Shown: positions 1 to 9,639, counted from the first letter of the stretch. The stretch: DNA of 64,000 bases from Candidatus Poribacteria bacterium (GCA_963663765.2 CAXXUA010000004.1:1129508-1193507); one strand, 5' to 3'. Translations and numbers: made by a program. The notes: generated by a model not told the origin, from the letters alone.

Positions 1-640
1 GTTCAGAATGAAAGCTAAACGGTTCAGTATATTGGGTTTGCATCCTGAATATCATACCCATACAAAAAAGTATGATCATTCCGACCAGCGAACATAGTAG
101 TAATGTGTTATACCTTCTCAGATAATGCACAGGTAATTCAGGCGTAACAAGGTACCAGTGACCAAACCACATGCCTGATTGAACTGCTCCCAATAAGATC
201 GCAGACATAAGAAACTGTAAAGGTAATAGGTATTGTGCGCCCGGGAATTGGACATCTGGTAAATAAGACAAAGCACTGAAAACGACCCCAACAACCCCAC
301 TCACGACTGCAAAATAGAAAAATATCTGTGTAAATACCGGGGTTTTAAACCACAAACTTAGTGTATAAGCGATGACAGCATTTACAAAACTCAAAACGAA
401 AACAGATTCATAGTTCGGTGCGGATCCAAAAAAATTCAAGAATGTAATAGGTTGTTCATGCAGGTACAGATTAGCACAACGGGCTAAGCTACCCACAAGC
501 AGATAGATACCTCCCATCAACCGATAAAAGTTCGCACCAACCAAACCTTTCGGAATGAGGACCAAAACCGCTAACCCACCTACAGCAAGTTGACTGAAAA
601 CAAGGTAAAAAATTTCTACGAGAATGAAATCTTCAAACAT
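1..640 (-). CDS. Multi-pass membrane protein with GHWYL motif (uncharacterised), partial, runs off the left window edge
   Basis: Manual translation from ATG at 640, open to position 1: MFEDFILVEIFYLVFSQLAVGGLAVLVLIPKG...LLGAVQSGMWFGHWYLVTPELPVHYLRR; several hydrophobic segments; missing from the ORF track because it has no stop in the window. Confidence 0.75.
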   Translation of the reverse strand, partial: MFEDFILVEIFYLVFSQLAVGGLAVLVLIPKGLVGANFYRLMGGIYLLVGSLARCANLYLHEQPITFLNFFGSAPNYESVFVLSFVNAVIAYTLSLWFKTPVFTQIFFYFAVVSGVVGVVFSALSYLPDVQFPGAQYLLPLQFLMSAILLGAVQSGMWFGHWYLVTPELPVHYLRRYNTLLLCSLVGMIILFCMGMIFRMQTQYTEPFSFHSE

Positions 641-709
641 ATTTTACGTCATTTATACAAGACAACCCCATTACAGTTCAAGACCATAACGGGGTTGTGT
701 ATTTGTGTG

Positions 710-874
710 CAGGACTTACGCACCCAACGGTAGGCGTGCTTTGTAGGCGGGGAATGCCAAAAGGCATTCATACCGTTGATTTCTTGATTTGGCGCTGGAA
801 GCATAAATAATGTTGAAAATTACATCATTTTCATCACAATTCTTGATTAAATCATGAAAACTGCGTAAGTCCTG
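710..874. mobile_element. MITE with CAGGACTTACGCA/TGCGTAAGTCCTG terminal inverted repeats, carrying REP-like cargo
   Basis: Perfect 13-bp TIR; internal sequence recurs at ~29830-29987, ~35990-36124 and 49788-50300. Confidence 0.75.
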
Positions 875-922
875 TGTACGTTTTAAAATATCTTCCTTCA
901 TTGTATGAAGGTGATAGTTACG

Positions 923-1321
923 CTATAGAATTTCGACGACGGCACCGATGGCTTCAAGCTGCTCTTTGGTTTTCTCAGCATCTTCTTTGCTGACACCCTC
1001 TTGGATGACAACAGGCGCAGATTCTACCTTCTCTTTTGCTTCCTTCAAACCGAGACCTGTTATGGAACGTACCTCTTTAATAACAGGAATTTTCTGTCCG
1101 CCGATCTCTTTGAGTTGGACATCAAATTCGGTTTTCTCTGCAGCTTCCTCTGCTTCCCCTTCTGGTGCTGCACCTACTGCTGGTACTGCCCCCGCCACTG
1201 CCATCGCAGGCATTGCAGAAGCACTCACACCGAATTTATCTTCCAGTGCTTTTACCAAATCAGAAAGTTCCAGAACCGTCATGCCACCTATTTCTTCTAT
1301 CATTTTTTCTATATCTGCCAT
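923..1321 (-). CDS. rplL: 50S ribosomal protein L7/L12
   Basis: [21 protein letters not shown]...EKTEFDV...[12 protein letters not shown] motifs. Confidence 0.98.
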   Translation of the reverse strand: MADIEKMIEEIGGMTVLELSDLVKALEDKFGVSASAMPAMAVAGAVPAVGAAPEGEAEEAAEKTEFDVQLKEIGGQKIPVIKEVRSITGLGLKEAKEKVESAPVVIQEGVSKEDAEKTKEQLEAIGAVVEIL

Positions 1322-1354
1322 TGTTACTTCCTTTCTTATATAAAATAGTTTTGC

Positions 1355-1915
1355 CTATTCGGCTGTTTTTTTCTGTTCAGCGATCTGTGTCAACACAGAT
1401 GACACCTGACCAATTGTATTACTAAGTACATTCACAAAACTTGTCATTGGAGAACCATTCTTCAAGACGCCAACCAGACCATACAACGGCGCACTGATTC
1501 CCCCAACAACCTGTCCAATCAATACCTCTTGCGAAGGCATATCCTTCAGGGCTTTCACACCGTTCGCGTCAACAACTTGCGAACCGAGAATCCCAGCTTT
1601 GATCTGTAAACTCTCATGGTCTTCAATAAAATCAAACAGTATTTTGGTGATAGTCGCAGGATCATCACTCGCTGCAAGTGCGGTGTTACCTATTAAATAG
1701 GGCGCAAGTCCATCAATTTCTTTTTCTTGTGCAACAACATTAATTAACGTATTTTTGAAGACTTTATATTGGATATTCGCGGCACGCAATTGCTGACGTA
1801 ATTCATTCACTTCAGTCACGTTCAATCCTTTAAAATCAGCTAAAAGAATAACATCTGAGTTTTCAAAAATCTCGCGAATCTGTCCTACCTGCTGAACATT
1901 CGCTTCATTCGGCAT
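1355..1915 (-). CDS. rplJ: 50S ribosomal protein L10
   Basis: DFKGLNVTEVNELRQQLR...YKVFKNTL motif; position between rplA and rplL. Confidence 0.97.
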   Translation of the reverse strand: MPNEANVQQVGQIREIFENSDVILLADFKGLNVTEVNELRQQLRAANIQYKVFKNTLINVVAQEKEIDGLAPYLIGNTALAASDDPATITKILFDFIEDHESLQIKAGILGSQVVDANGVKALKDMPSQEVLIGQVVGGISAPLYGLVGVLKNGSPMTSFVNVLSNTIGQVSSVLTQIAEQKKTAE

Positions 1916-1949
1916 AAGTTAACTCCTTTCACATCTTGACAACTCCATT

Positions 1950-2100
1950 CAGAAATAGAAAAACCCCCAGAAAACTGGAGGTCTGACCAAACTACGGTAG
2001 TCAAAAATCAAACTTCTTGCAATTGCAGGAAGTAACTTTTAACTATACCCGAGTCTCGGTAGGCAATTAAGCCAAAGCTCCTACTTTCTTCAACTCTATT
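1950..2100 (-). promoter_or_regulatory. L10 ribosomal protein leader (autoregulatory RNA)
   Basis: Minus strand GAAGAAAGTAGGAGC-TTTG-GCTTAATTGCCTACCGAGAC resembles the L10-leader core; downstream hairpin CCTCCAG..CTGGGGG followed by a U-run, upstream of rplJ. Confidence 0.7.
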
Positions 2101-2184
2101 CTGTTGGATGGAATTTGTCGTTTAGTTCCTTTATTTATTATTCACTACGAATAGTGAAATGTCATACATGTTAAAATCCATGAC

Positions 2185-2883
2185 TTACAAAAATTGCTGC
2201 GGATCAATTCGGATACCTGCACCCATCGTAGCGGATATTGAAACACTCCGAAGATAACGACCTTTTGTAGAAGCGGGTCGGGCATTTACCAGCACATCCA
2301 TAACAGTGGTAAGGTTATCCTTAATTTGCCCCTCTTCAAATGAGGTCTTGCCAATCGGCACATGAACGATGCCTGAAGTCCGTTCCACACGATACTCAAT
2401 CTGTCCAGCTTTGATGCTCTGTAACGTGTCAGAAATATCCATTGTGACGGTGCCAGCCTTGGGATTAGGCATTAACCCACGCGGTCCCAAGATTCTTCCC
2501 AACTTCGGCATGATACTCCGCATCAAGTCAGGTGTTGCAATTGTCGCATCAAAGTCAAGCCAACCATCAACAATTTTATCTACCAAGTCATCCGTTCCAA
2601 CGAAGTCCGCTCCTGCTTCCTCCGCTTCACGTGCTTTGTCTCCTTCTGCAAACACCGCAACACGAACTGATTTACCAGTGCCGTGCGGAAGCGATACTGT
2701 GCCTCGGATATTCTCCTCCGCTTTACGCGGATCCACACCCAGACGAGAGGCTAAATCAACTGTTTCATCAAACTTCGCAGTACTTGTCTTTTTCAATAGT
2801 GAAACAGCTTCATCAACAGAGTATAAACTGAGTCCGTCAACCTGCTCTTGAAATTCACTATATCGTTTACCTTTTTTCGCCAT
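2185..2883 (-). CDS. rplA: 50S ribosomal protein L1
   Basis: AKFDETVD...LGVDPRK...LPHGTGK...LGRILGPRGLMPNPKAGTVT; start taken at MAKKGK after GGAGAGG RBS. Confidence 0.98.
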   Translation of the reverse strand: MAKKGKRYSEFQEQVDGLSLYSVDEAVSLLKKTSTAKFDETVDLASRLGVDPRKAEENIRGTVSLPHGTGKSVRVAVFAEGDKAREAEEAGADFVGTDDLVDKIVDGWLDFDATIATPDLMRSIMPKLGRILGPRGLMPNPKAGTVTMDISDTLQSIKAGQIEYRVERTSGIVHVPIGKTSFEEGQIKDNLTTVMDVLVNARPASTKGRYLRSVSISATMGAGIRIDPQQFL

Positions 2884-2925
2884 ATTCCTCTCCAACTAAT
2901 ATCATTTATACAACTCAAAATTGTA

Positions 2926-3348
2926 TCATTGAATTGTTAAGCCCATACTCTTTGCTGTTCCCTCAACCATACGCATCGCTGCTTCTAAATCTGTCGTATT
3001 GAGATCAGGCAATTTCGTTTCGGCGATCTCTCGTATCTGATCTCTATTTATTGTTGCTACCTTGTTCCGATTTGGTTCGCCTGAACCTTTTGCTATTTTC
3101 GCTGCTGTTTTGAGTAACACCGCCGCCGGCGGAGATTTGACTACAAATGTAAAGGAACGATCACTATAGCATGTAATGATTGTCGTTACAATCATACCGC
3201 TCTGTTGTTGTGTCTGGGCATTGAAGGATTTGATAAATTCCTGCAGGTTAATCATATAAGGCGCAAGACTCGGTCCAACCGGTGGTTGCGGCGTCGCCTG
3301 TCCAGATACCAATTGAAGTTTGACTTCACCTGCTACTTTTTTTGCCAT
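2926..3348 (-). CDS. rplK: 50S ribosomal protein L11
   Basis: [13 protein letters not shown]...[14 protein letters not shown]...KGSGEPN motifs. Confidence 0.98.
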   Translation of the reverse strand: MAKKVAGEVKLQLVSGQATPQPPVGPSLAPYMINLQEFIKSFNAQTQQQSGMIVTTIITCYSDRSFTFVVKSPPAAVLLKTAAKIAKGSGEPNRNKVATINRDQIREIAETKLPDLNTTDLEAAMRMVEGTAKSMGLTIQ

Positions 3349-3377
3349 GTGTTAATTACTCCATATCTTCCAAAATA

Positions 3378-3950
3378 TTATAACCTTTCAACTCCCATGA
3401 AACCTAATTCAAGTGGCGTTGAACGTCCAAAAATTGTTATTGATAAATTCAATCGTTGACGTTGTGTATCAATCGCAAGTATCTCCGCTGTGAAAGAACT
3501 GAAAGGTCCTTCAATCACGCGAACTTTATCACCAACAGAATAAGTTATCTCAGGAATCGGTACATCTTCCTCAACCGTTGAACTTTCTAACATACGTTCT
3601 ACATCTTCTGCACTGAGTGGACTCGGATTTGCGTTTCCCAGAAAATTCATGACACCCGGTGTCTCTTGAACAAATGCCCAACTCCTCTGACCAATGTAAT
3701 TTTCTACATGCGGTCCAATCTGATGCAAAGAGTTGATGAGCACATATCCCGGATACGTCGGTCCACTTCTCACTTTACGCTTACCATCTTCATTCTTTAC
3801 GGTCGTTGAAATAGGAACAGACACCTGCAAAATCTCCTCCTGCAGTTCCTTATCGGTATCAGAATCTGATGAAAGCCGCCTCTCAAGTGCAGTCTGTATT
3901 TTCTTTTCATGTCCAGTGTAGACCTGAACAATGTACCAATAACCAGTCAT
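3378..3950 (-). CDS. nusG: Transcription termination/antitermination factor NusG
   Basis: WYIVQVYTGHEKK, YPGYVL, TPGVMNFLG, KOW (GDKVRVIEGPF), IFGRSTPLEL. Confidence 0.97.
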   Translation of the reverse strand: MTGYWYIVQVYTGHEKKIQTALERRLSSDSDTDKELQEEILQVSVPISTTVKNEDGKRKVRSGPTYPGYVLINSLHQIGPHVENYIGQRSWAFVQETPGVMNFLGNANPSPLSAEDVERMLESSTVEEDVPIPEITYSVGDKVRVIEGPFSSFTAEILAIDTQRQRLNLSITIFGRSTPLELGFMGVERL

Positions 3951-3988
3951 GGATGATTCCCAAAATATAAAACAAATCGTTATTTAAT

Positions 3989-4363
3989 TTAGCGAAGAAA
4001 AAGCTCTCTTAAAAAGGACATACCAAAACCACTAAGTGTATCCGCGGGCTTAATAACGTAGTTACTCACAAGAACAACTAATAAAGGTATGCAGGCGATC
4101 AATGTATAATGTACTCTTCGGTTTTCAAAATCTTTACCAAGAAAGAATACTGCTAAAGGAATCACAATCAAAATCAAGTTGGCAGGCCAATCCCAAACCG
4201 GACTGACTGAACTACCATCTACTAACCACAGGAACACGCCTAACATCGCACTTGCAATTAACACTACAATCGTGCTACCGCGAACCTGTTCCATGTCAGG
4301 TTTAGATACCTTTTGCCATTCTAAATGAATATTCTGAATATAGTTTCTTATACGTGCTATCAT
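3989..4363 (-). CDS. secE: Preprotein translocase subunit SecE with extra C-terminal hydrophobic segments
   Basis: EWQKVSKP...STIVVLI...FLWLVD SecE core; located between tRNA-Trp and nusG. Confidence 0.88.
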   Translation of the reverse strand: MIARIRNYIQNIHLEWQKVSKPDMEQVRGSTIVVLIASAMLGVFLWLVDGSSVSPVWDWPANLILIVIPLAVFFLGKDFENRRVHYTLIACIPLLVVLVSNYVIKPADTLSGFGMSFLRELFLR

Positions 4364-4374
4364 ATTTACTAAGG

Positions 4375-4448
4375 CAGGCCAGGAGGGATTCGAACCCCCA
4401 ACATCCGGTTTTGGAGACCGGCGCTCTACCAGTTGGAGCTACTGGCCT
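4375..4448 (-). tRNA. tRNA-Trp (CCA)
   Basis: AGGCCAGTAGCTCCAACTGGTAGAGCGCCGGTCT-CCA-AAACCGG...GGTTCGAATCC cloverleaf. Confidence 0.97.
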
Positions 4449-4459
4449 GTGGTATAAAA

Positions 4460-4612
4460 TTACCTTGTCTCCTTATGGAGTGTATGTTTCCGACAGAAAC
4501 GACAATACTTCTTGCGTTCATATCGATCCTGCTGTGTCCGACGATTACGCGTCGTAATATAATTGCGCCGCTTGCAATCATCACATGCTAAAGTTACAAT
4601 GTCTCTGGGCAT
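4460..4612 (-). CDS. rpmG: 50S ribosomal protein L33 (zinc-ribbon C+ form)
   Basis: Manual translation [50 protein letters not shown]; two CxxC; below ORF-track size cutoff. Confidence 0.96.
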   Translation of the reverse strand: MPRDIVTLACDDCKRRNYITTRNRRTQQDRYERKKYCRFCRKHTLHKETR

Positions 4613-4643
4613 CGTTTTTTACCCCCCTTCTTAATATCAGTGA

Positions 4644-4716
<73 letters not shown>

Positions 4717-4733
4717 AAACGTCCTAAGGTACA

Positions 4734-4806
4734 AGCGGGAGACGGGATTCGAACCCGCGACGCATGGCTTGGAAGGCCAATGCTCTACCAGCTGAGCTAC
4801 TCCCGC
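4734..4806 (-). tRNA. tRNA-Gly (TCC)
   Basis: GCGGGAGTAGCTCAGCTGGTAGAGCATTGGCCT-TCC-AAGCCA...GGTTCGAATCCC. Confidence 0.97.
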
Positions 4807-4818
4807 AGAAAAAACCAA

Positions 4819-4900
4819 TGGGGGCGGACGGATTCGAACCGCCGTAGGCATAGCCAACAGATTTACAGTCTGCCCTTTTTGACCGCTCAAGCACACCCCC
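4819..4900 (-). tRNA. tRNA-Tyr (GTA)
   Basis: GCAGACT-GTA-AATCTGT anticodon arm, long variable arm, GGTTCGAATCC. Confidence 0.96.
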
Positions 4901-4908
4901 AAAATAGA

Positions 4909-4980
4909 AGCTGACGAGAGGAATCGAACCTCCAACCTAGTGATTACAAATCACTCGCTCTACCGTTGAGCCACGTCAGC
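4909..4980 (-). tRNA. tRNA-Thr (TGT)
   Basis: GCTGACGTGGCTCAACGGTAGAGCGAGTGATT-TGT-AATCACT...GGTTCGATTCC. Confidence 0.97.
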
Positions 4981-4989
4981 ATTCAACCT

Positions 4990-5490
4990 TGTCTCTCTTC
5001 TATTAGTGATACTCACGACGAATAAAGTCGTGTGCTTCTTTGAAACACATAACTCTCCTCTGTGTGATTCCTGCTTCCGTCTCTCGTGCCTCTATACTGA
5101 ACTGCGCGAGGTCTTACTCGGACTCCAAAAGCGTTTATGCTCTCGGTATATCCTACCGCGAGGTAAAAGATTGATACGCACTCTGTATCTTAATTTCCTT
5201 GATAATATAGCGTCTTGGGCGATGATGTCTACCGCAACTTGTCCCTCTGGGGATCCGCCAAGTTTTACTATAGGCACACTTCCCATAACTACGGTGCCAG
5301 TGGACTGCCTACTTGTTCGCAGTGTGGACTTCGGTTCGACATACGTTATTTCGCATTACGTTACAGAGCCTTGCTTGTCTCAAATAATTAAAATACTCCC
5401 GCACGAGTTTACATTATTAGACCCAAGCCTAAAGACTTGGGATTGTCAGATAATTCCCTTCATAAAACGGGTAACACCTCAAACTCTATT
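4990..5490 (-). ncRNA. Candidate structured non-coding RNA or long leader of the tRNA operon (unassigned)
   Basis: No credible ORF; lies downstream of a consensus promoter; multiple hairpins with G-U pairs favouring the minus strand. Confidence 0.35.
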
Positions 5491-5494
5491 GAGG

Positions 5495-5559
5495 TAAGAC
5501 CTACGCACAAAACGGTAAGCACACTTTGTGTAAGCACACTGAAAACTGCGTAAATCCTA
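5495..5559. mobile_element. Degenerate 65-bp MITE of the AGGACTTACGCA family
   Basis: TAAGACCTACGCA...TGCGTAAATCCTA ends flanked by 5-bp direct repeat TGAGG. Confidence 0.6.
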
Positions 5560-5586
5560 TGAGGTAATTCAATATTCACCCCTTTA

Positions 5587-5615
5587 AGTATACAAACTAA
5601 ATTCACTATTGTCAA
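5587..5615 (-). promoter_or_regulatory. Sigma70-type promoter for the leader/tRNA operon
   Basis: TTGACA-17 bp-TATACT on the minus strand. Confidence 0.75.
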
Positions 5616-5675
5616 AAAAATATCTGATATGGATTGTCTATCGCAGCTGCGTAACAATTATCCCGTTCTTCAAAA

Positions 5676-6131
5676 TTATCCTGATTCTGTTGGTTCGGAC
5701 TCAGAATCACCGTCATTGTTTTCCGATTCAGCAGTTTCAGACTCATCAGCAGTTTCAGACTCATCATCAGTTTCAGACTCATCAGCAGTTTCAGACTCAT
5801 CAGCAGTTTCAGCCGCACTGTCACCAGAATCATCTCCACTATCTTCTACAGATTGTTCACCGTAAAGTTCAACTAAGTGATCCTCGCTATCAGATTCAGA
5901 GGTAAAGAGTGCTGGTACTTCTTCCTGCGAAACTTTCGGATCAACCACATTATACGACAATTCTCCTGAAGACAACTCTTCTGTTGCTACAGTAATAGGT
6001 TTCTGATTCTGAGCGAAACCTGCTCCTAAAAGTTGGTCATTTAATGAACGCGCACGTTTTGCAATAACGTTTACTGCCAAATATTTATTCGGCACATGCT
6101 TTATCAAATCTTCAAGGTAGACAATTGCCAT
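5676..6131 (-). CDS. rpoZ: RNA polymerase omega subunit with long acidic C-terminal tail
   Basis: NKYLAVNVIAKRARSL...KPITVATEEL..GEL omega motif; tail of (ETADES)n repeats; start at MAIVYLEDL after GGAG. Confidence 0.85.
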   Translation of the reverse strand: MAIVYLEDLIKHVPNKYLAVNVIAKRARSLNDQLLGAGFAQNQKPITVATEELSSGELSYNVVDPKVSQEEVPALFTSESDSEDHLVELYGEQSVEDSGDDSGDSAAETADESETADESETDDESETADESETAESENNDGDSESEPTESG

Positions 6132-6174
6132 TTGTATACTCCAATATGATTTTTTATGCATTACTCGTTGTATA

Positions 6175-6240
6175 ATTATACCAAAATTCTTGCTTGAAGT
6201 CAAATTAAATTTTGACATCTTCTCGGTTAAATGGTAGAAT
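6175..6240. promoter_or_regulatory. Back-to-back sigma70 promoters for rpoZ (minus) and mqnC (plus)
   Basis: Minus: TTGACT-17-TATAAT (6203..6175); plus: TTGACA-17-TAGAAT (6212..6240). Confidence 0.7.
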
Positions 6241-6277
6241 TGTAAAGACTAAAACTTCACAATTACAAGGAAATTAA

Positions 6278-7351
6278 ATGGGAATGCACAATAACGTTAA
6301 ATATATCTTGGAAAAAGCACTTGATGGGAAACGTTTAGACTTTGATGACGCACTAACCCTCTTTAAAAGTCATGATCTCCTTCCTTTAGGTCATGCCGCT
6401 GATACTATCCGACAAAGAAAACACCCAGAAGGATACATTACTTATATTATAGATAGAAACATAAACTATACAAATTGGTGTTATGTTGATTGCGATTTCT
6501 GTGCATTTTATCGCCACCGAAAAGACCCCGATGCCTATGTAATGGAACGCGATCAACTCGGACAAAAAATACAAGAAACACTGGAGTTAGGCGGTGAACT
6601 CATTCTTATGCAAGGTGGACTCCACCCAAAACTCAAATTGGAGTGGTATGAAGATCTACTCCGATGGATAAAAGCGAACTACAAAATTCATATACACGGA
6701 TTTTCTCCGCCAGAATTAGATTGGTTCGCCAAAATCAACAAAATGCCTTTACGTGAGATGCTCACACGACTACGTGATGCTGGTCTGGATTCTATACCCG
6801 GAGGTGGAGCGGAAATCTTAACGGATCGCTCGCGGAACATCATCAGTCCTAAGAAATGCACCGCAGAGGAATGGCTTGAAGTGATGCGGCAAGGACACTA
6901 CGTCAACCTCAAATCCAGTGCTACCATGATGTATGGACACGTAGAAAGTTACACAGAACGTGTTGAACATCTAATGAAATTGCGCGACCTGCAAGATGAA
7001 ACAGGCGGATTCACAGCGTTTATCTGTTGGTCATTTCAACCCAGCAACACCGAACTTGCACACATCCCACCCGCAGGAAGTTACGAATACCTCAAAACAT
7101 TAGCAATCTCACGCTTATTCTTAGATAACATTGATAACTTCCAATCATCGTGGGTTACACAAGGTCCCAAAATCGGACAACTCTCATTAAAGTTCGGAGC
7201 AAATGACATGGGAGGAACGATGATTGAAGAAAACGTCGTCAGCAAAGCAGGCACAGTTTATTGCATGCCAATTGAAGAAATAGAACGAACTATCGCAGAA
7301 TTGGGATATGTTCCAAAACGAAGAAACTTTTTCTATGACATTCTCAATTAA
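6278..7351 (+). CDS. mqnC: Cyclic dehypoxanthinyl futalosine synthase (radical SAM, futalosine menaquinone pathway)
   Basis: TYIIDRNINYTNWCYVDCDFCAF (CxxxCxxC), LMQGGLHP, SIPGGGAEIL, GANDMGGTMIEENVV. Confidence 0.9.
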   Translation: MGMHNNVKYILEKALDGKRLDFDDALTLFKSHDLLPLGHAADTIRQRKHPEGYITYIIDRNINYTNWCYVDCDFCAFYRHRKDPDAYVMERDQLGQKIQETLELGGELILMQGGLHPKLKLEWYEDLLRWIKANYKIHIHGFSPPELDWFAKINKMPLREMLTRLRDAGLDSIPGGGAEILTDRSRNIISPKKCTAEEWLEVMRQGHYVNLKSSATMMYGHVESYTERVEHLMKLRDLQDETGGFTAFICWSFQPSNTELAHIPPAGSYEYLKTLAISRLFLDNIDNFQSSWVTQGPKIGQLSLKFGANDMGGTMIEENVVSKAGTVYCMPIEEIERTIAELGYVPKRRNFFYDILN

Positions 7352-9426
7352 CGATAGTCCTCATGAATCCAAACATTCGCTGCTAACGCCTTTTTCCTTG
7401 CACCAAGCCAATTAACATACGCATCACTTTTCTTACTATCAAGAAGTGTCTTATAACGTTTAACCTTCTGCGTAGGATCCATTTGGTACTCTTCAAAATC
7501 CGGTTCTACACGTTCAACTAATTCTATAATATAAGTTGAAGAATCCTCAGCAAATGGTCCCCTCACATCCCCAACAGACATTGTAAACGCAGCTAACATC
7601 ACACCTCTCGCGTACCCCATACCAGAAATATAAGTACTTCCTGCCACAAGACCAAAAAGGTTGCTCTCTTGAACAGTCTTTTCAGCAATTGATGTGCCTT
7701 CAGGTGCTATATACTTTTTGATTAACGCCTCCAATGACACACCTTCTGTCCGTTGATCTATCAACTTCTGAGCATCTGCGAAAGCACGCTCTTTTGACTT
7801 CTCTCGTTCAACATCGTCTATCACTTGTCGCTTAACATCTTCAAACTCAGGAATGCCTGGTGCTTTCTTACCAAGAAGCGTCACAACAAAAATGGCAGAA
7901 ACTTCATTTGTGTATCTTGCTTTCGTCTCAATAGTGTTTGTAACGCCTACCTCCATGTCAAAAACTTCCTCTAACAATCCTCTGTAAAGTGTACTTGATA
8001 TTACTGGCGGAATATCTACGCCATCTTTACTGAAAAAACCCGTTTCACCAGATTCAAGCGATAGATCCTTATATTTATCAAGTCCAATAGCAGTCTCATA
8101 ATCCGCAACCTCAATCTCAAAAATCAAATCTTTCGCTACGGCTTCTGCTCCATCCACACCATCTATCTGGACCAGTTTATCCTTAATATCGCTTTCTACT
8201 ACTGGGAAAGGTGTCACTAAGGCTGGTTGCTTTTCTTCCAATTGGATAATGTGATACCCGAATTTGCTTTCAACAAGATCACTTACTTCACCCGGTTGTA
8301 ATACATCAAAACACGCTTCTGCAAAAGGCTTTACCGCATATCCGCGATCAAAATATTTACCCTCTGGCAAATGATCATAACTTCTACCCAACGCACCACC
8401 ATCAACCGCACTACTATCCTCTGAATGCTTCTCAGCAAGGTCAGCAAATGTTGTACCTGCAGCCATTTCTTCTTTTACAGTTTTGAGTAGTTCTTCCGCA
8501 GCCGCTTTTGTTTCCGTTTTTTGTTCATCGGTGGCATCGTCTGGGAACTTTTTCAAAATATGTCGTGCTTTGACTAATTCAGGGTTCATGAAGATGTTCT
8601 GATTATTTGTGTAATACTGTTCAATAGTTGCCTGTGTAACAAAATGCTCAGGATTAACATTGATATAACGGATATTTACCTGCTCTTCGGTTGCATAGTC
8701 TTCCTTGTTTTCTTGGAAGTACTTATCAATCTCTGCTTTGTTTTCTTGGAAGTACTTATCAATATCTACATCCTCTACATCCTCTACATCCTCTACATCC
8801 TCTACATCCTCTACATCCTCTACATCCTCTACATCCTCTACATCCTCTACATCCTCTACATCCTCTGCATCAAAGGTTTTTTCGTAATCGCTGTGTCGAA
8901 ATTCAATGAATTTCACCTTTGCTTTGTTCGCCTCAAGTTGATAATCCTGTTCCGCTTCAGTGTCAGTAACTAATTCAAGGCTTTGGATACCATCTCGTAG
9001 TGAAGACGTACTGAGTTGATATCTATAGAAATCCAGCACATCAGGTCCGAATTGATTATATGTTAATACCCGGTTTTCATCACTTCGGATATAATGCATT
9101 ACCTCAGAATCGGTGATATTCGCACTACCTTCAATGATCCTTGTTATATAACTATTAATTAATTGCTTTTGTATCGCTTTCCGATCTGGTTCCGCACCAA
9201 ACCTTGGGTTCTGTTGCTGTTGGCGTACTACTTGTGAAATACGATCTTCAAAAACCCTTCTTGTAACTTCCAATGTGTCAAGCTTGAGTACAACTTCGTC
9301 TTCAGTTCCCGTATTCTGTTGACCACCAGAACCACCATACAACATTATGGTACCAATAATGAAGACAACAGCAATTATCCACATAAATATCTGTGCTATG
9401 AATTTTTCACGTAGAAAAATAATCAT
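7348..9426 (-). CDS. SurA/PpiD-like membrane-anchored parvulin peptidyl-prolyl isomerase
   Basis: N-terminal TM, VKARHIL, FADLAEKHSED, GEVSDLVESKFGYHIIQL rotamase motifs. Confidence 0.88.
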   Translation of the reverse strand: MIIFLREKFIAQIFMWIIAVVFIIGTIMLYGGSGGQQNTGTEDEVVLKLDTLEVTRRVFEDRISQVVRQQQQNPRFGAEPDRKAIQKQLINSYITRIIEGSANITDSEVMHYIRSDENRVLTYNQFGPDVLDFYRYQLSTSSLRDGIQSLELVTDTEAEQDYQLEANKAKVKFIEFRHSDYEKTFDAEDVEDVEDVEDVEDVEDVEDVEDVEDVEDVEDVDIDKYFQENKAEIDKYFQENKEDYATEEQVNIRYINVNPEHFVTQATIEQYYTNNQNIFMNPELVKARHILKKFPDDATDEQKTETKAAAEELLKTVKEEMAAGTTFADLAEKHSEDSSAVDGGALGRSYDHLPEGKYFDRGYAVKPFAEACFDVLQPGEVSDLVESKFGYHIIQLEEKQPALVTPFPVVESDIKDKLVQIDGVDGAEAVAKDLIFEIEVADYETAIGLDKYKDLSLESGETGFFSKDGVDIPPVISSTLYRGLLEEVFDMEVGVTNTIETKARYTNEVSAIFVVTLLGKKAPGIPEFEDVKRQVIDDVEREKSKERAFADAQKLIDQRTEGVSLEALIKKYIAPEGTSIAEKTVQESNLFGLVAGSTYISGMGYARGVMLAAFTMSVGDVRGPFAEDSSTYIIELVERVEPDFEEYQMDPTQKVKRYKTLLDSKKSDAYVNWLGARKKALAANVWIHEDYR
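8767..8865. repeat. In-frame 9-bp microsatellite (TACATCCTC)x11 encoding (EDV)11
   Basis: Perfect tandem repeat within the foldase gene. Confidence 0.95.
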
Positions 9427-9639
9427 TCGTAACGTTTTCTCCTCAATTTGTTTTATCCTGCGTTAAATGATACCCTATTACAACGCATTTTTCAATATTT
9501 TTTTGTTACAATGTTGAATTTTGAGAATAAATCCACTTTTTCTAAAAAGGAGAGCAAGTGAGGGTTATCTTCATTCCCCTCACTTGCGGGGTTGTTCGGG
9601 GGTATAAAAAGGCAAGCACCCAATACAGATGCTTGACCT

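Noticed and set aside
4990-5490. RNase P RNA or tmRNA
   Set aside because: No GAGGAAAGTCC/ACAGAA.CCGGCTTA signatures and no tRNA-like ends or tag peptide found
5006-5497. 163-aa plus-strand ORF and 64-aa minus-strand ORF (considered as S21/S18)
   Set aside because: No recognisable motifs or convincing RBS; the plus ORF opposes the promoter; cannot be fully excluded without homology search
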